From NCBI RefSeq assembly GCF_018350175.1, contig NC_058382.1:56918001-56982000 (forward strand): a stretch of 64,000 bases of DNA, in the 5' to 3' direction. Under the pieces are notes generated by a model that ran no database searches, was not told where the DNA came from, and saw only the letters and a list, made by a program, of their open reading frames with translations. The position numbers were made by a program, and so were the translations under genes. Of this stretch, positions 11,856 through 24,404 are shown piece by piece. The first letter of the stretch is position 1; each line of letters starts with the position of its first letter. The DNA comes from Felis catus. Lineage: Eukaryota.

Positions 11856-11863
11856 GTCTGTGA
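11856..11863 (+). CDS. CDH13: CDH13 last exon, coding part (completes Cys-Leu-stop)
   Basis: ctgaatcttttccattcag|GTCTGTGA. Joined to the phase-1 T at 1640 it gives TGT CTG TGA, i.e. ...LACL*. Confidence 0.93.
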
Positions 11864-13450
11864 GAACTCCTGACATCCGAAGCTTGACTACCACGTTTCC
11901 ATAGCAACGGGAAAAAGAAAAAGAAAAAGAGAAAAAACAACCATCCAAATCTGAAGATTGCAGTTTACAGCTCTCGAACTTCACAACTAGGCCTCAATTG
12001 TTCCAGATTTTTGTTTTCTTTGCGATACCACTGGGTCTGTTCTTCACCATTCTGGCAGAATCTTCCTTTCTCCTTTAGCGGAATCTTCTGAATTTCCCTG
12101 AACGTTGAAAGATCATGGCGTATAACTTGACCTTCTGGGAGCAGGGAGCAGGAACAATGACTACTTTTTCTGATGTGTTGCCATGTTGCTAGTCAGCTTT
12201 CCACACATACAGCTTCGTCTGTGGGTTAGTATTTGTACATGTGTGAGGATCTGTATGTGTATATACACAGTATTTATAGAGAGAAACTATACAGAAGGAG
12301 CCTAGTTTTGATATTGAGAGGTTACACACAAAAAAAGGATGGAAGTGATGCAGCTGCCCCCCCCCCCCCCAGCCCAGGGCCTCAGCATCAAGCTGGGCAT
12401 TAGTACAGACCCCAGAGCCGACGCTCCTGCGCGGTCCCGTTCGGTCCGAACACTGCCATGACCAGCCAGGCAGGTCTGCAGAGAGGGAGAGCACAGACAG
12501 AAGTCCTTCCTTCCTCTCCAGGAAAGGATTGCAACCAATTTTTCACTGCCATCCTATGCCGTGATCCTCAGAAAAAGCGGAGAGGAGCAGAGCAGCAAAC
12601 GTTACCATCGAACGCCAAGAAAAGGGCTCAAATATTATCTCGTGGGCATCTGTCTGCATTTGTACGTGTCCGGAATCCAGTCCCACGGATTCTTACGAGG
12701 ACGCGGATCACGGCGGAGAATCTCTCTCTCCCCGATGTACGTACAATTGCACGTCTCATGGTGGGGGTCCTACGTGCACGGGAGGCAGTCAGCAGGAACC
12801 GCGTGTATACACATATATGCCCACATGTATAGACATACCTTTATGCACATACACACTGTTTGTTTCATATATACAGGCGTAAAATAGACTAAACACAGGT
12901 AGTTTTAAAAGTACCCTTTTGTGTGAACCGACTACCGTTGTTTGCAAACCTGAAAATAAAAGATGTTCATTATGTATGAGAAGTAATTGATTTTTATTCT
13001 GTGAGCATATAAAACTAAGAGAAAAGCTAGAACCCGTACTAAGACGATCTTCTCGTTGATAAACCGTAGAGAACCATCCAAGCTCACGCCAAATTTTTCT
13101 ATCAGACAAAACTAGTGACAGCCCGTGGCTTCTTATTAGAGCGCGCCACAAACTAGGGTAAGGTAAGTGTCTTAGCATATTTTAATACAGTTGCTTACTA
13201 AAGGTTTTAACCACATGCACACACGTGCACACACATGCACACCCACGCTTTCTTACGCAATCTACGTTTGCACCTGTGTTTTTCAGTTCGCCTTCGATAG
13301 GAAGTAGGAGTCCTTTGTTGTCTTTATTGTAGTGAAATTATGCAGATAGAGTTCCATATATTGTATTTGTTTCAATAGTAAGTCTTTTTGGAGCATATAG
13401 AATGCAGAGATTTTTTTTTCCATTAAAATAAATGGGTATTGGTGGTTAAA
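11864..13450 (+). other. CDH13: CDH13 3' UTR (proximal isoforms); may extend to about 16.6 kb
   Basis: Repeat-free sequence following the stop. AATAAA at 12955-12960 and overlapping ATTAAA/AATAAA at 13422-13432. Confidence 0.75.
13422..13432 (+). terminator. Candidate CDH13 polyadenylation signal
   Basis: ATTAAAATAAA followed by a U/GU-rich tract (ctcttctctgatttctatgttgtgtc). Confidence 0.6.
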
Positions 13451-16400
13451 ACGGCTGGACAGTAGCTCTTCTCTGATTTCTATGTTGTGTCTGATGTTGC
13501 CGATACAAGGTCTTGCCTTAGTGCGGGTTCACATTTTTTGACTGGTCATTTGGGGTTCCCCGTACACCTCCTGTTAGTGGAGAGTGCGTCTGTAAAGCCA
13601 GAAGCACGCACTCACAGCCTGGGCGACGCACCCATCCTGTCCATCCTATGAACGATTTGAGCATCTTGCAGTCGGCTGTGAAGACGACCACATACTCGGG
13701 AGCGAGACCATCCTCACCTTGATGACTGCACGACACGCAGTCACAACCATGTGCCTACAGTCCCAGAGCATGGGTGTATTTCTCTTGAACGAGTCCGGTG
13801 GTCAGTCAGAAGGTGCTACGTCCCAAATATGGCAGATAGGTTGTCCACCAGGGGCATGGAGTGGGCCCAGGGGCAGGGGACCCAAGCCTGCACGCTCACA
13901 CTTCACGAGATTTCCTCTTCGGGCTTTATAGCACGCAGGCTCGTGTCTCCCTGGCGAACCTCCCTTCCGGCTTCCTGCAAGGCAGGGCGAGAATGCTCAC
14001 GCCGGGAACGAGCCGAGGAGCATCTTCAGACGGCCAGGTGGGCGGCAGCCTGGCCCAGAGGCTAGCTAACCAACCATCAGAAAGCTCACCCTCCTTCATG
14101 AACCTGGACTATCCCCCGGGAGAAATACGGTTGTCGAGTGGCCCATTCACTGAAACCAACAAGTCTCCTCTCTCAAGCCTCTCCCGCACTTTGCAAATCA
14201 AACCCTTGGCTTAACTTGGCTTAGGACACCGGAAGAGAGGAATCAAGTGCATACTTCCTTAGCAAGTAGAATATGCCTTAATTTTCCCCTACTTAAGTAC
14301 ACCCCCTGTCCCCAGAGTTCTCATCAGGACAGACGGATTTCTAGAGTGTAGCTCTTTCTAATCCTTAAAAAAAAAAAAAAAAGACCAACTCTTTGAAACC
14401 AAAGTGGTAGCATTTCCTGAACTGCAGAATGTTTTCTAAGTTGCTAGAACACATTTATATTGTCCATTGAAATCAAAGCATTATCTCATTATTACCAATC
14501 CATTTTATTTTAGTCTGAGTTATTAAAAACCAAAAAAGTAAGAGCCAGAAATTGCTTTTCTCGATCGCTGAGCACAAAACCGAGGATTTTATTTCCGCTG
14601 AGTGGACGGTCACACTTTCTCCACTGTCTTATGAATACATCAACCACCTTGATTAAAAATCTTTCCTCCCCGCTTTACACACGATAGCTTATTTCTGATA
14701 ATTTGTTTCAACAAAAACGCGCGACCATTTTCCAATTTCGAAAAAAGTTACCTTCAACACTGCCTCTTCCTCCAAATGCACATCGTTTCACGTGGATGTA
14801 CCTGCCGTGACTCTTGGCTTGCCCAAGGTAAGTGGCCTCCAGAACGAGAACCCAGCCCGTTTTGCTCCGGGGCACCTGTGGTTCCCACTCGGCCACAGCG
14901 CCCCTCCCAACCGTGCAGTAAAACCACACAAAGTGTCTCCCTCAGACCAGAAAACCCTAGTCTGAAGCCTCAGTTAGCAGGGCTATCCATCCAGACCGAG
15001 CAAATAGACCTGCTGCTAGTTCTTAGTTCTAAGAGCTTTCGGTCAAGAACCGTGAACACCATTCTCAATTCATACTAAAGCTTAGAAATGTCTACTGCGC
15101 AAGATAGTCTCTTCTTCACTATTCCCTCCTTTCCCTCCCATGGCTTGTGTGAAGGTACATGAGGGACTCCCACAAGGTTAATTAGATATCTCAGGTAGCC
15201 CAAAGTACACTTGTGTCCTCCCAAGTACCCAGTCATGCCCAAACCAACGGAGGGGAGGGAGAGCCGAGGGAGAAAGAGGGTAGGGCGTTCAGGAATTTGC
15301 CCTGAGCTCAGCTACAGACAAACTAAAGTATCTCCAAGCACTTCTATTTTTTTCTAATGTTTTTGTAATGTTTTAATTTTGTTTTAATGTTGTTTAATGA
15401 ACATTAACCTCTTCATGTCAAGTTTTCTGAAGCACTAACCGACAGGTGAATCACAATAAGATAAAGGTGAGCACTGAGAAAGAACGACCTAGCTTTTGTG
15501 TTTAACCACTGAGTAATAAATCAGTCATCGCCATTACCACCACCGTCACCATCATCATCAATGATCTGGCTGCACCTTTCACAAAGATGATGCATCCGTC
15601 TTCTTAACTGCCTGTTGAGAGTTGGAACTTCTCATACAATGGTGGTTAGATGCTTTCATAATAGTTCAGCCACAGCAACAAACACTTCTTTTGTAGGTAA
15701 AATGTGTTGCCCTTCTTAGATCTCCTATTGCTGATGGGTTAGCCCACTACTGGAAAAAAAAAAATGCTGTAGCGTTGACCGTGTTTATATCGAAGCATAT
15801 ACAAAATATGTAGACACAGAAGAAAAGGGTGGATGAGCCTGTGAACAAGGACTTCAGATAAGAACTTTAATTGCATAACTGAAGAATAAGGCTATGAGCA
15901 GAAACAACTTAGATATTCATCAAACTCAGTAAGCAGAAAAGTCTCTTCCTATCGCTCGTCCTACATCGCTATCATCATATTAATCATTGGAGGGCTGCTG
16001 AGCTTGATAAGCCTTTGAACCATTTTGTTGGGCTTGCGTCAGCTGGTTGGTAGGGATTTGGTGAAAAGAAGCAGGTGTAATAAGACCACAATAAGTTTCA
16101 CCATGAAGCTACGGAGCCTTTGAGAAAGTGGCTTTTAGCAGCACTTTAAGTATAAGCTGAAAATTTCCATTTTCTGCTGCTTTTTTCAAAGGTTTTCCTT
16201 TAGAAAGCAAAGTCATTCTTTATCTATAATATACACAGATTTAGATTATTGAAGAGTTGGAAATGAAGGCCATATGAAAAACAGTCTGTGATGTCATACC
16301 CACATCAACCCCGTTCTGGTGGTAAATATTATGTATCCTCCCAAGATACAAATTTTCAAAAATCTCAAACAGATTTTTATCATAAACACTCAAAAGGGAT

Positions 16401-16767
16401 AAAAGTGTATCACTTTAAAATGTTTAATTCTATGGTAGTGCCGTTCCTTTGGGCTCGAGCTGCTGAATTGCTCAGGGTCTCGGAGACGTAAATCGGCATT
16501 TTATTTACCATGTAGTTGCACAGAAACTTGTAAGTTATTTGTGAAATAGTTAAATAAAGGTTATCTGGGATTTTTAAGGGTGTCCTCGGTCTTAGACTGT
16601 CTTTAGTACAGTTTCAACACAGTGGCAGAGCAAAAGGGATATTTGTTTAAATGGTGCTCTGGATGGCCTATAATGTTGAAAGGCCAAGGCTAAAACCAAG
16701 TGCTGCCTTCCTGATAGTTAACTCTTCTCCCTTCCTTGTTCATAACAGATCCCTCTGATTTGAGAAA

Positions 16768-16796
16768 AACAGATAGATGATACATGATAGATAGAT

Positions 16797-16838
<42 letters not shown>

Positions 16839-17082
16839 GATAGATAATAGATACATGATAGATGATTGATAAGATAGATGATAGATGATTGATAAGATAG
16901 ATGATAGAAAGAATAATAGATTGGGTGGATATAGATATGGGGATAAGTATATACATAGATAAATGGATACAGATGATGGGCAGACAGAGACAGATACAGA
17001 TAGACAAAGATAAGGGAGCGATTGAGAGAGAAATGGATAGAAACAAACCAGATTGATTGATTGATTGATTGATAGATGATAG
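16768..17082. repeat. Compound (GATA)n/(GATT)n simple repeat
   Basis: Direct reading. Confidence 0.95.
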
Positions 17083-17161
17083 AAAGCAAGCAGGATTCCT
17101 TTAGGGAGGTCCTTAACAAAAGAGAAGAAAGGTGGTAATATTTAATAAGTGCCTCCTATGT

Positions 17162-17326
17162 GGGGTGCCTGGGTGGCTCAATCGGTTAAGTGTCCGACTT
17201 CAGCTCAGGTCATGATCTCACGGTTCATGGGTTCGAGCCCAGCGTCGGGCTCTGTGCTGACAGCTCAGAACCTGGAGCCTGCTTCCGATTCTGTGTCTCC
17301 CTCTCTCTGCCCCTCCCCCACTCGCA

Positions 17327-17357
<31 letters not shown>

Positions 17358-17389
17358 AAAAATAATAAATGAACATTTTAAAAAATGTA
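17162..17389 (+). mobile_element. SINEC_Fc
   Basis: TSD AATAASTGCCTCCTA at 17144-17158 and 17390-17404. Confidence 0.95.
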
Positions 17390-19354
17390 AATAACTGCCT
17401 CCTACAGACCAGATAATTTACATATGTAGGTAGGTAGGTATTTACATGTGTAAGTATGTAGGTAAGTATACACCTATTATACATATGTAATTTATATGGA
17501 ACATCATTATACATTACGTATATCATATAATGCATGGAATGTTGGAATAGACCTTGTCTCCACGGTACAATGATAAGAGGGGGCTCACGAGTTAAAACGA
17601 TCTCATGCTGGGTCTTGCCTAGTGAGCCGCGTGCGTGACTCCAGCACGGGCGCTTTTCCACTCTACCCTGAGACAGCACCACCCACCTGTCACCCGGAAG
17701 AAACCACCGAGGCCGTACCCTCACACACAGTACATGAAATTGATGGTGACGAGACAATCTGGCAGGACAGGGTGAGTGAAGCTGAAGAAAACCGAACCTG
17801 CAAGTCAGAGTCTTCCTGAAACGTCTCCTTCCTCCCCGGGGCATCTGTCTCCGGGAAATTGCTAGTTTGGGTAAATAAATAGGAAAGCGATTCCTTGGCA
17901 GCCAATCATGGAGACGCTAATTCGGAAAATTGCCACAAATGAGCATGGGAAACGTAAACTGACACTTCAAACCCAAAGCAAAACACTTCAAGACGGATCG
18001 CGAACACCCCTGATCATACGTACCGTTGTTCTCCATAAAAGCGATTTTCTGTTCTTTTGGAAGCAGCCTCCCAAGAGACCTTCCCCTGCTTTTGTGCACA
18101 GGACAAAGGATCCAGGAATGCTCCCCAGGGCACACTCCAGAGATCCCAGCAAAACTTGCTTTTCACACGGGAATCCAAGCCGGGAGCACTGGTACCTGGA
18201 CGAAGGCGTTTCTAAATTAAACTTGGCAGAACTAGACGCCCCTCTCCAAAATAGGGCCCCACCTTTGCAAGATCCTGAAAACTCTGCCCTGCCCCCTCCC
18301 TGGGCCAGCCGGGCCGCGTCTTCCCTCCGGAGGGTTACTGGTACCTCGAATGCTTGTCCTGTACAAAAGGGGTATTTGGAACCTGCAGTAATTCCCCACT
18401 GTCCTTCTGGAGATATGTCCCCAAGGAAAATGGGTTCGATGTTCCAATGTTACAATTGTCACATTGGTAGGGTGGTTCAGCAAATATGTCCTCCTGCTTC
18501 CCCTTCCCAAAGGATGGAATGATGTGCAATTTCACAGCAAGCACCACCCCTTTCCCCTTTGCTCCCCTGTCTTCTCTGAGGCCAGCAGCTGCTGAACTTT
18601 AATCCTGTAAGAACATCTTCACGATCGAACGATGTCTCTCTACGACCTCGGCAAATCCCGCCATCCCAATGCACCCGTCCTACCAAGGGCAACTACAGTT
18701 TTAAACTGTATAATTTTAAATTGATAATTTTTGCTTAAATTCATGTATTTTCCAAGAAAATTGTATATTCTTACCATGAATGAAAAGCCAGTATCCCTTG
18801 GGATGCACTAAAGTAACAATGAAAGTCAATAGCAAAATGGCAGAACGAGAGATACCAGTCCTTATATGTCTCCCCATCCACCCGCGCCCAACCCCGCCAT
18901 AGAAACACCAATTTTAACCTCCATTCACAGATGAGAACATGTTTTGGGGAGCCCAGAAATATGCCTGGAATGTTCCAGCATTTCAGTGGTGCAAAAAAAA
19001 AAAAAAAAAAAAAAAACACAACAGAGGAGAGATGCATTGAAGAGATAAGAGTGTCACTTTACCCCTCCCCCAAGGCAGCCCAGCTCAGGGCTGAGACCTC
19101 CAAATCCACATTTCTTCTCTGCCCCCAAAACGTTGCTTCCCAGCTTTGCGGGACACTGCCACTCATGTCTCGTCCTGCCAAGAACACCGAGGGGATCAGC
19201 ACAGCCGAAGGGTCTGGGGACAGCTAGCAGCAGAGAAAAGGGGGCGGGTGGGGTGGGAAGTTTACAGCACCGACGGATCTTAACAACTGGCCACCGGTCC
19301 AACTGCCTGGCTCACAGTCTCCATCAACAGTGCTGCTCACAGACAGAGGGAGGG

Positions 19355-19497
19355 CTCTCCAAAAATTAAAAATGGAACTCATATGATATCCAGCAACCCC
19401 ACTTCTGGGTAGTTACCCAAAGAAACTGAAACCAGGATCTTGGAGAGATCACTGGGCTCCCATGTTCATTGCCACAGTGTTGACAAATAGCCAAGGT
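19355..19497 (+). mobile_element. Old L1 ORF2 3' fragment
   Basis: caaaaattaaaaatggaactc...ccagcaaccccacttctggg...cccatgttcattgc. Confidence 0.75.
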
Positions 19498-19499
19498 CA

Positions 19500-19720
19500 G
19501 GGGCGCCTGGGTGCCCCAGTCTGTTGAGCATCCGACTTCCTTTCAGGTCATCATCTCACGGTTCATGGGGTCAAGCCCCGCGTCGGGCTCTGTGCTGACA
19601 GCTTGGAGCCTGGAGGCTGCTTCGGATTCTGTGTCTCCCTCTCTCTCTGCCCCTCCCATGCTCTGTGTCTCTCTGTCTCTCAATAGTAAATAAATGGTCT
19701 TAAAAAAATGTATAAAAAAC
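19500..19720 (+). mobile_element. SINEC_Fc (first of a tandem pair)
   Basis: ggggcgcctgggtg head, CT region, A tail. Confidence 0.93.
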
Positions 19721-19726
19721 GTGCCA

Positions 19727-19905
19727 AGGGGCGCCTGGGTGGCTCAGTCAGTTAAGCGTCTGACTTCAGCTCAGGTCATGATCTCATGGTTCATGAGTTC
19801 AAGCCCCACATCAGGCTCTGTACTGACATGACAGCTCAGAGCCTGGAGCCTGCTTCGGATTCTGTGTGTGTGTCTCTCTCTCCCTTTTATAATAATAAAA
19901 TAAAT
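19727..19905 (+). mobile_element. SINEC_Fc (second of a tandem pair)
   Basis: ggggcgcctgggtggctcagtcagttaag head. Confidence 0.93.
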
Positions 19906-21289
19906 GCAATGAAAACCAAGAAGATAATTAGCTGTTACCTAGACATTATGTGCACTGAAGTCTGGGCAGGATACTCCCCTGTGTGAAAAGGAGAGATGAC
20001 CTAGCTTTAGCCGGGACTCAGACTCAGTTACACCCCACAGGGATCCTGCACCTTTCGCCAGCAAAGTGAAATGAGGAAGGACTGAAAAACTGCCTTCCAG
20101 GTGGGTCTCACTCGTGCAGACAACGCCCTCGAACCATCCAGAATCACCTCCATACATTTTGATAGAAAGGAAACAGGCAAAACTGCGTGAATAGAAGGGA
20201 GCGTCTCAGATCCAGTAACTGAAGGCGACGTGTCCTCCTCTTTCTAGAACCCTGGCTCTTGAGTGGTGGCACAGAACGGCACAGGGGCACCTTGTTGGAG
20301 TGGTTTTGTTTTCCTTCCCCGCCCCCACCCCCACCCCCACCCCCACCCCCCACTTTTATATGCTGGGAGGAAGACATCCACGGGCAGGGGCGGGGCAAAT
20401 GGAGGAGGCGAGTTCCCGGAGCGGGTTGAGGGGTCCAGGGCCCAGCGCCCCACGGGAGGCCACCTGTTCTGGAGGCAGACCGGGCTGGAATGATGCCCGG
20501 GCGGGTACTTATGTGACGGTAGGACCCAGGTGATGATAGTCTCTATTGTCCCTGTAGAACAGAATGCAAGGTTATCCTCTGAGGTTGAAGGAAGGAAACC
20601 TTGGGCTGGGAGAGACCGGGGAGCTTTGGAGCGTCCACGCAAGGCTGGGGGCTGGCGCGCCCAGACCCCCGGTGGACGCGGCGGCACAGCCAGCCCTGGG
20701 GCAGGGGGTGCTCCCGCGCAGCCGCATGGGACAACCGGACAGCCGGGGAGAGAAGCAGAGCAGGCGAACAGCAGCTCAGAACAGCGCTGGGCCTATGGCC
20801 CCGAAGCAGGTGCAGACAGGGAGAAGGTGAGTGGCAGGTTCTCCAGGGGCCGTCTCTGCTTACAGGGCACACGCAGCGTCTCACTGCCCGGTGACCACCC
20901 TTGTGCAGGGACACCTCCCCCGATCCGAGGCCCCGGGGAAGGAGGGGCGCGGGGCCAGCCCGGCTGGAACCAGGGACCCAGTAGGAAAGTGCCACATTGG
21001 CTCACGTAAAACCAAACCGTCCTCAGAAGGGGGAGAGGGAATGACTTCAGTTATGCAATTAATTCATCTACACAGATCTTTTTTTAAATCAAGGTTTAAA
21101 CGAGGATTGTTCAAAGCTGCGTTTTTAAAGGTTAACTACTTGTGCCTTACACATAATTCAATAGTTTTGCTAATGGAACAGTATTCAGTTATGTTCAGTA
21201 TATCAACCTCACAGAGTAAGTGTATCAGCCACGACTATAAATCAGGGAAATTTTTGTGTAAAGCAGCTCCTTAAAAGACCTTGGTCTCT

Positions 21290-21544
21290 GGGTCACCTGG
21301 GGGGCTCAGTCGGTTGAGTGTCTGACTTTGGCTCAGGTCGTGATCTCACAGTTCATGGGTTCAAGTCCCGCATCAGGCTCTGTGCTGACCTATCAGAGCC
21401 TGGAGCCTGCTTCAGATTCTGTGTCTCCCTCTCTTTCTGCCCCTTCCCAGCTTGTGTGTGTGCTCTCTCTCTCTCGCTCTCTCTCTCTCTCTAAGAAATA
21501 AACATTTTTTAAACATTTATTTAAAAAATTAAAGTGGTCTTTTA
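21290..21544 (+). mobile_element. SINEC_Fc
   Basis: Perfect 17-bp TSD TAAAAGACCTTGGTCTC at 21272-21288 and 21545-21561. Confidence 0.95.
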
Positions 21545-21596
21545 TAAAAGACCTTGGTCTCCACACAAAAAAAGTACGCCGTCTTTCTGCTTAAGT

Positions 21597-21630
<34 letters not shown>

Positions 21631-22004
21631 TCCCTTAGACGGTGTCAAGTTTGTTTGCTGTTTATGTAAAAGAACTTTTCAATCGGAATGAAAAGGACTC
21701 AAGTCTCCTGCAGGAACACACACACACACACACACACACGCGCACACCAAAACTGTAGGTCTTCATGCTAATTCCCATTCTGTGTTGCTCACAGCCATAA
21801 GCCAAATTTGGCTGGAAATCCAGAGTGTGGGTATCCAGGCTTCTGTGCAGAGTGGGGGAGCCCCAATAATTGGAGCAAGAAGCAAGAAGGCCTGAAATCC
21901 TACCCAGGATTCCAGCTAAATTATCCCAGAGCTTTATGTAGACACTTTATAAAATACGGTGTGGGTTGCAGATTTCACGTGGTGTAACTTTACCAGCTGC
22001 TTTA

Positions 22005-22400
22005 CCGCCCCTTCCAGAAAAAAAGACATGTTGAAATCCTAACCCCTAATACCTCAGAATGTAACTTATTTGGAAACGGGGTCTCTGCAGGGGTAATTAG
22101 GCATAATGAGGTCATACTGGAACAGGCTGGGTCCCCAATCCAGCATGACTGGTGACCTTCTAAGGAGAGGACACACCCAGGGAGGAGCCCATGTGAAGAG
22201 ACGGAGGCAGAGATGGGCAGGTGCATCTATGAGCTAAGGGCCACCAAGCATTGCCAGCAACCACCAGAAGCTGGGAGAGAGGCACCAACACCTTGCCACC
22301 CTGCTTTCAGACTCCTGGTCTCCAGAGCTGTGGGAATATAAATGTCTGTTGTTTTAAGCCTCCCAGTGGGTGGTGCTTTGTTCCAGCAGGCCCAGGAAAC
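22005..22400 (+). mobile_element. MLT1B/C MaLR LTR
   Basis: atgttgaaatcctaacccc...tttggaaacggggtctctgcag...gaggtcatactgg...ctccagagctgtg...gttttaagcc. Confidence 0.8.
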
Positions 22401-22539
22401 CTATCCAATGTCAATGGATAGGCCAATGTCAATATATCCAGAGGAATAGTCTCAAGGAATGCCCCAACTGAAAATAAATTCATACTTGAAGACAGAGTCA
22501 ACAGAATTCTAGGCAACGTCCATAGATCCTTCTAAAGCG

Positions 22540-22755
22540 ACTAGTTCTCAACTGAGGGCAACTCCTCCCAACCCCTGGAGACAGTGGGCAGTATCTAGAA
22601 TATCTAGAAGTGGAAGCATCTAGCAGGCAGAAGTCAGAGAAGCTGTTCGGCATCCTACAATGTACAGGGCACGCCGCACCCCCCACCCACCCACCCACAG
22701 CAACGGAGAATTATGACCCAAAATGCCAAAGGTGCCGCTGTTGTGCAACATTGCT
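22540..22755 (+). mobile_element. MER20 DNA transposon
   Basis: ttctcaactgagggc...gcatctag...catcctacaatgtacaggg...gaattatgacccaaaatg. Confidence 0.7.
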
Positions 22756-22799
22756 TCTAAACTCGGGCAACTCAGAGAATTCTAGAATGATAGAAACAG

Positions 22800-23010
22800 G
22801 AGAAGGTAGAGTCAGAAAGCCCTGGGATCACGTCTTGTCTCTTCCTAATGTGACCACCCGGTTTAAGAGCCTTAGCCTCTCCAGTCCGTTTTCTCAAAAT
22901 TGGAAAATGGTTGTAATCATATCACAGGGTTCTTCTGAGGATTAGGTTAGAACACAGAGAGGTGTTTCTTTTAAGTAATCAGGTAAAGTACCAACCACAT
23001 AGCAGTTAAC
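22800..23010 (+). mobile_element. MIR relic
   Basis: gtcagaaagccctggg...aatgtgacc...cttagcctctc...aaaatgg...agggttcttctgaggatta. Confidence 0.55.
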
Positions 23011-24359
23011 AACAACCAAATACAGAGGTTTGCCCCTTTGTCATGGGAAAGAAGGTCTGGGGTGGGGTGGAAAGGGAGGTGGTGGGCAGAGGCGAGGAGA
23101 CACGAGTGGGTGAAGTCAGGGGGCAGAGCTGGTGAAGAGAGCTGAGTCTTACCCTCCCCATGGCCAGCCCCCCACCCCAGGTTTTTTACAGATGCTGGCG
23201 GGGGGGGGGGGGGGGGGGGAGGCCTACAGCCTTCTCTGCAGCTAAAATCAAGCTGCTGCTGAGCCCCACAGTCCTTAAATTAGCTACCCTGTGTGAACAG
23301 TTGCTGGAACATGACAGGCCTTCAGTCCCAGGACTCACCTACCCCCTTGTTAATGAGGCCCAATCCCAAAACCACCTGTGAGGCTGGAACTCAAGGTCCC
23401 AACTCAGCAGCAGCCCCCTCCTTAAACACCCAAATCCAGCCGCTGAACCCCGCCGCTGCCCCCACCTCGACCACTCAACAGCATGGGCCATCATGTTGAA
23501 TGAAAGAGCCCGGCGCTAGGGAGAGCTTCCGTCTGGTTCCACTCACACGACGTGGAAACACAGGAGACAAACGATTGTGCCCCTCGTGGGTGGGTGGGCT
23601 GGGGGGTGATAGCAAAGGGGCTGAGGTGAGGGGCTTCCTGGAGGCCGGTCATATTTCCTGCCCTGGAGCTGGTTAACAGGTTAACTCGGAGAAAAGTCAC
23701 TTGGGATTTCTGCACCATCCGGAACGTACGTTATGCTGCAAAGTCAAAAACAACCTGCCCAAATGTGCCAAATGTGCAGCACCTCCACTCGACCCTCCTG
23801 GGAAGAAGGAGGAACGCTGGGGTCTAGGGTGTGACCAGGCCTGCAGCTGGGCATTGTGTGCATGGTGGGCGTGCCTCTCACACCCGGGGCCTCATTTTTC
23901 CGGCTCCAGGGACCCGACCCCCTTCTCCCTACTCGGGGGTTGCAGGGTTTTGTTGGAGGGCAGGCGGTGGCACAGTCCTGGGCTTGGGACCTCGCAGGCG
24001 CCCAGTAAGTGCGTCCCAACAGGCCAAACAAAACAGCATGGCCTTTAACGACAGCCTGGGAAAAGGCCAAGATCACCATCCCCTCCCGCGGTCCCCAGGA
24101 CAGGGCCTGCCCCCTTTTCTCCACCCGGGCTCAGTGCGGGGCGGGGCCTCCAGGGGCGGGGCCTCGCTCGGAACGGAAACGCGAGAACGCAGACCCTCCC
24201 TTCCGGCCCGTGCCGCGAACTACGATTCCCACAACGCCTCGCGGTCCCGCGGCCTGCCTCCTCTCGCGAGAGGAGACCGCAAGGGGCGGGGTGTGTGCGC
24301 GGACAAACGGAAGTGCAGGTGACGGTTGAGACTTCGCCGCCAAGCTGGGAACCGGGGAG

Positions 24360-24404
24360 ATGGCCGAGACTGACCCCAAGACCATGCAGGACCTCACCTC
24401 GGTG
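24360..24404 (+). CDS. HSBP1: Heat shock factor-binding protein 1, coding exon 1 (MAETDPKTMQDLTSV)
   Basis: gagATGG Kozak context; donor GTG|gtaagg. Confidence 0.97.

Noticed and set aside
17162..17260. tRNA genes suggested by A/B-box-like SINE heads
   Set aside because: All are tRNA-derived Can-SINE heads followed by CT tracts, A tails and often TSDs.
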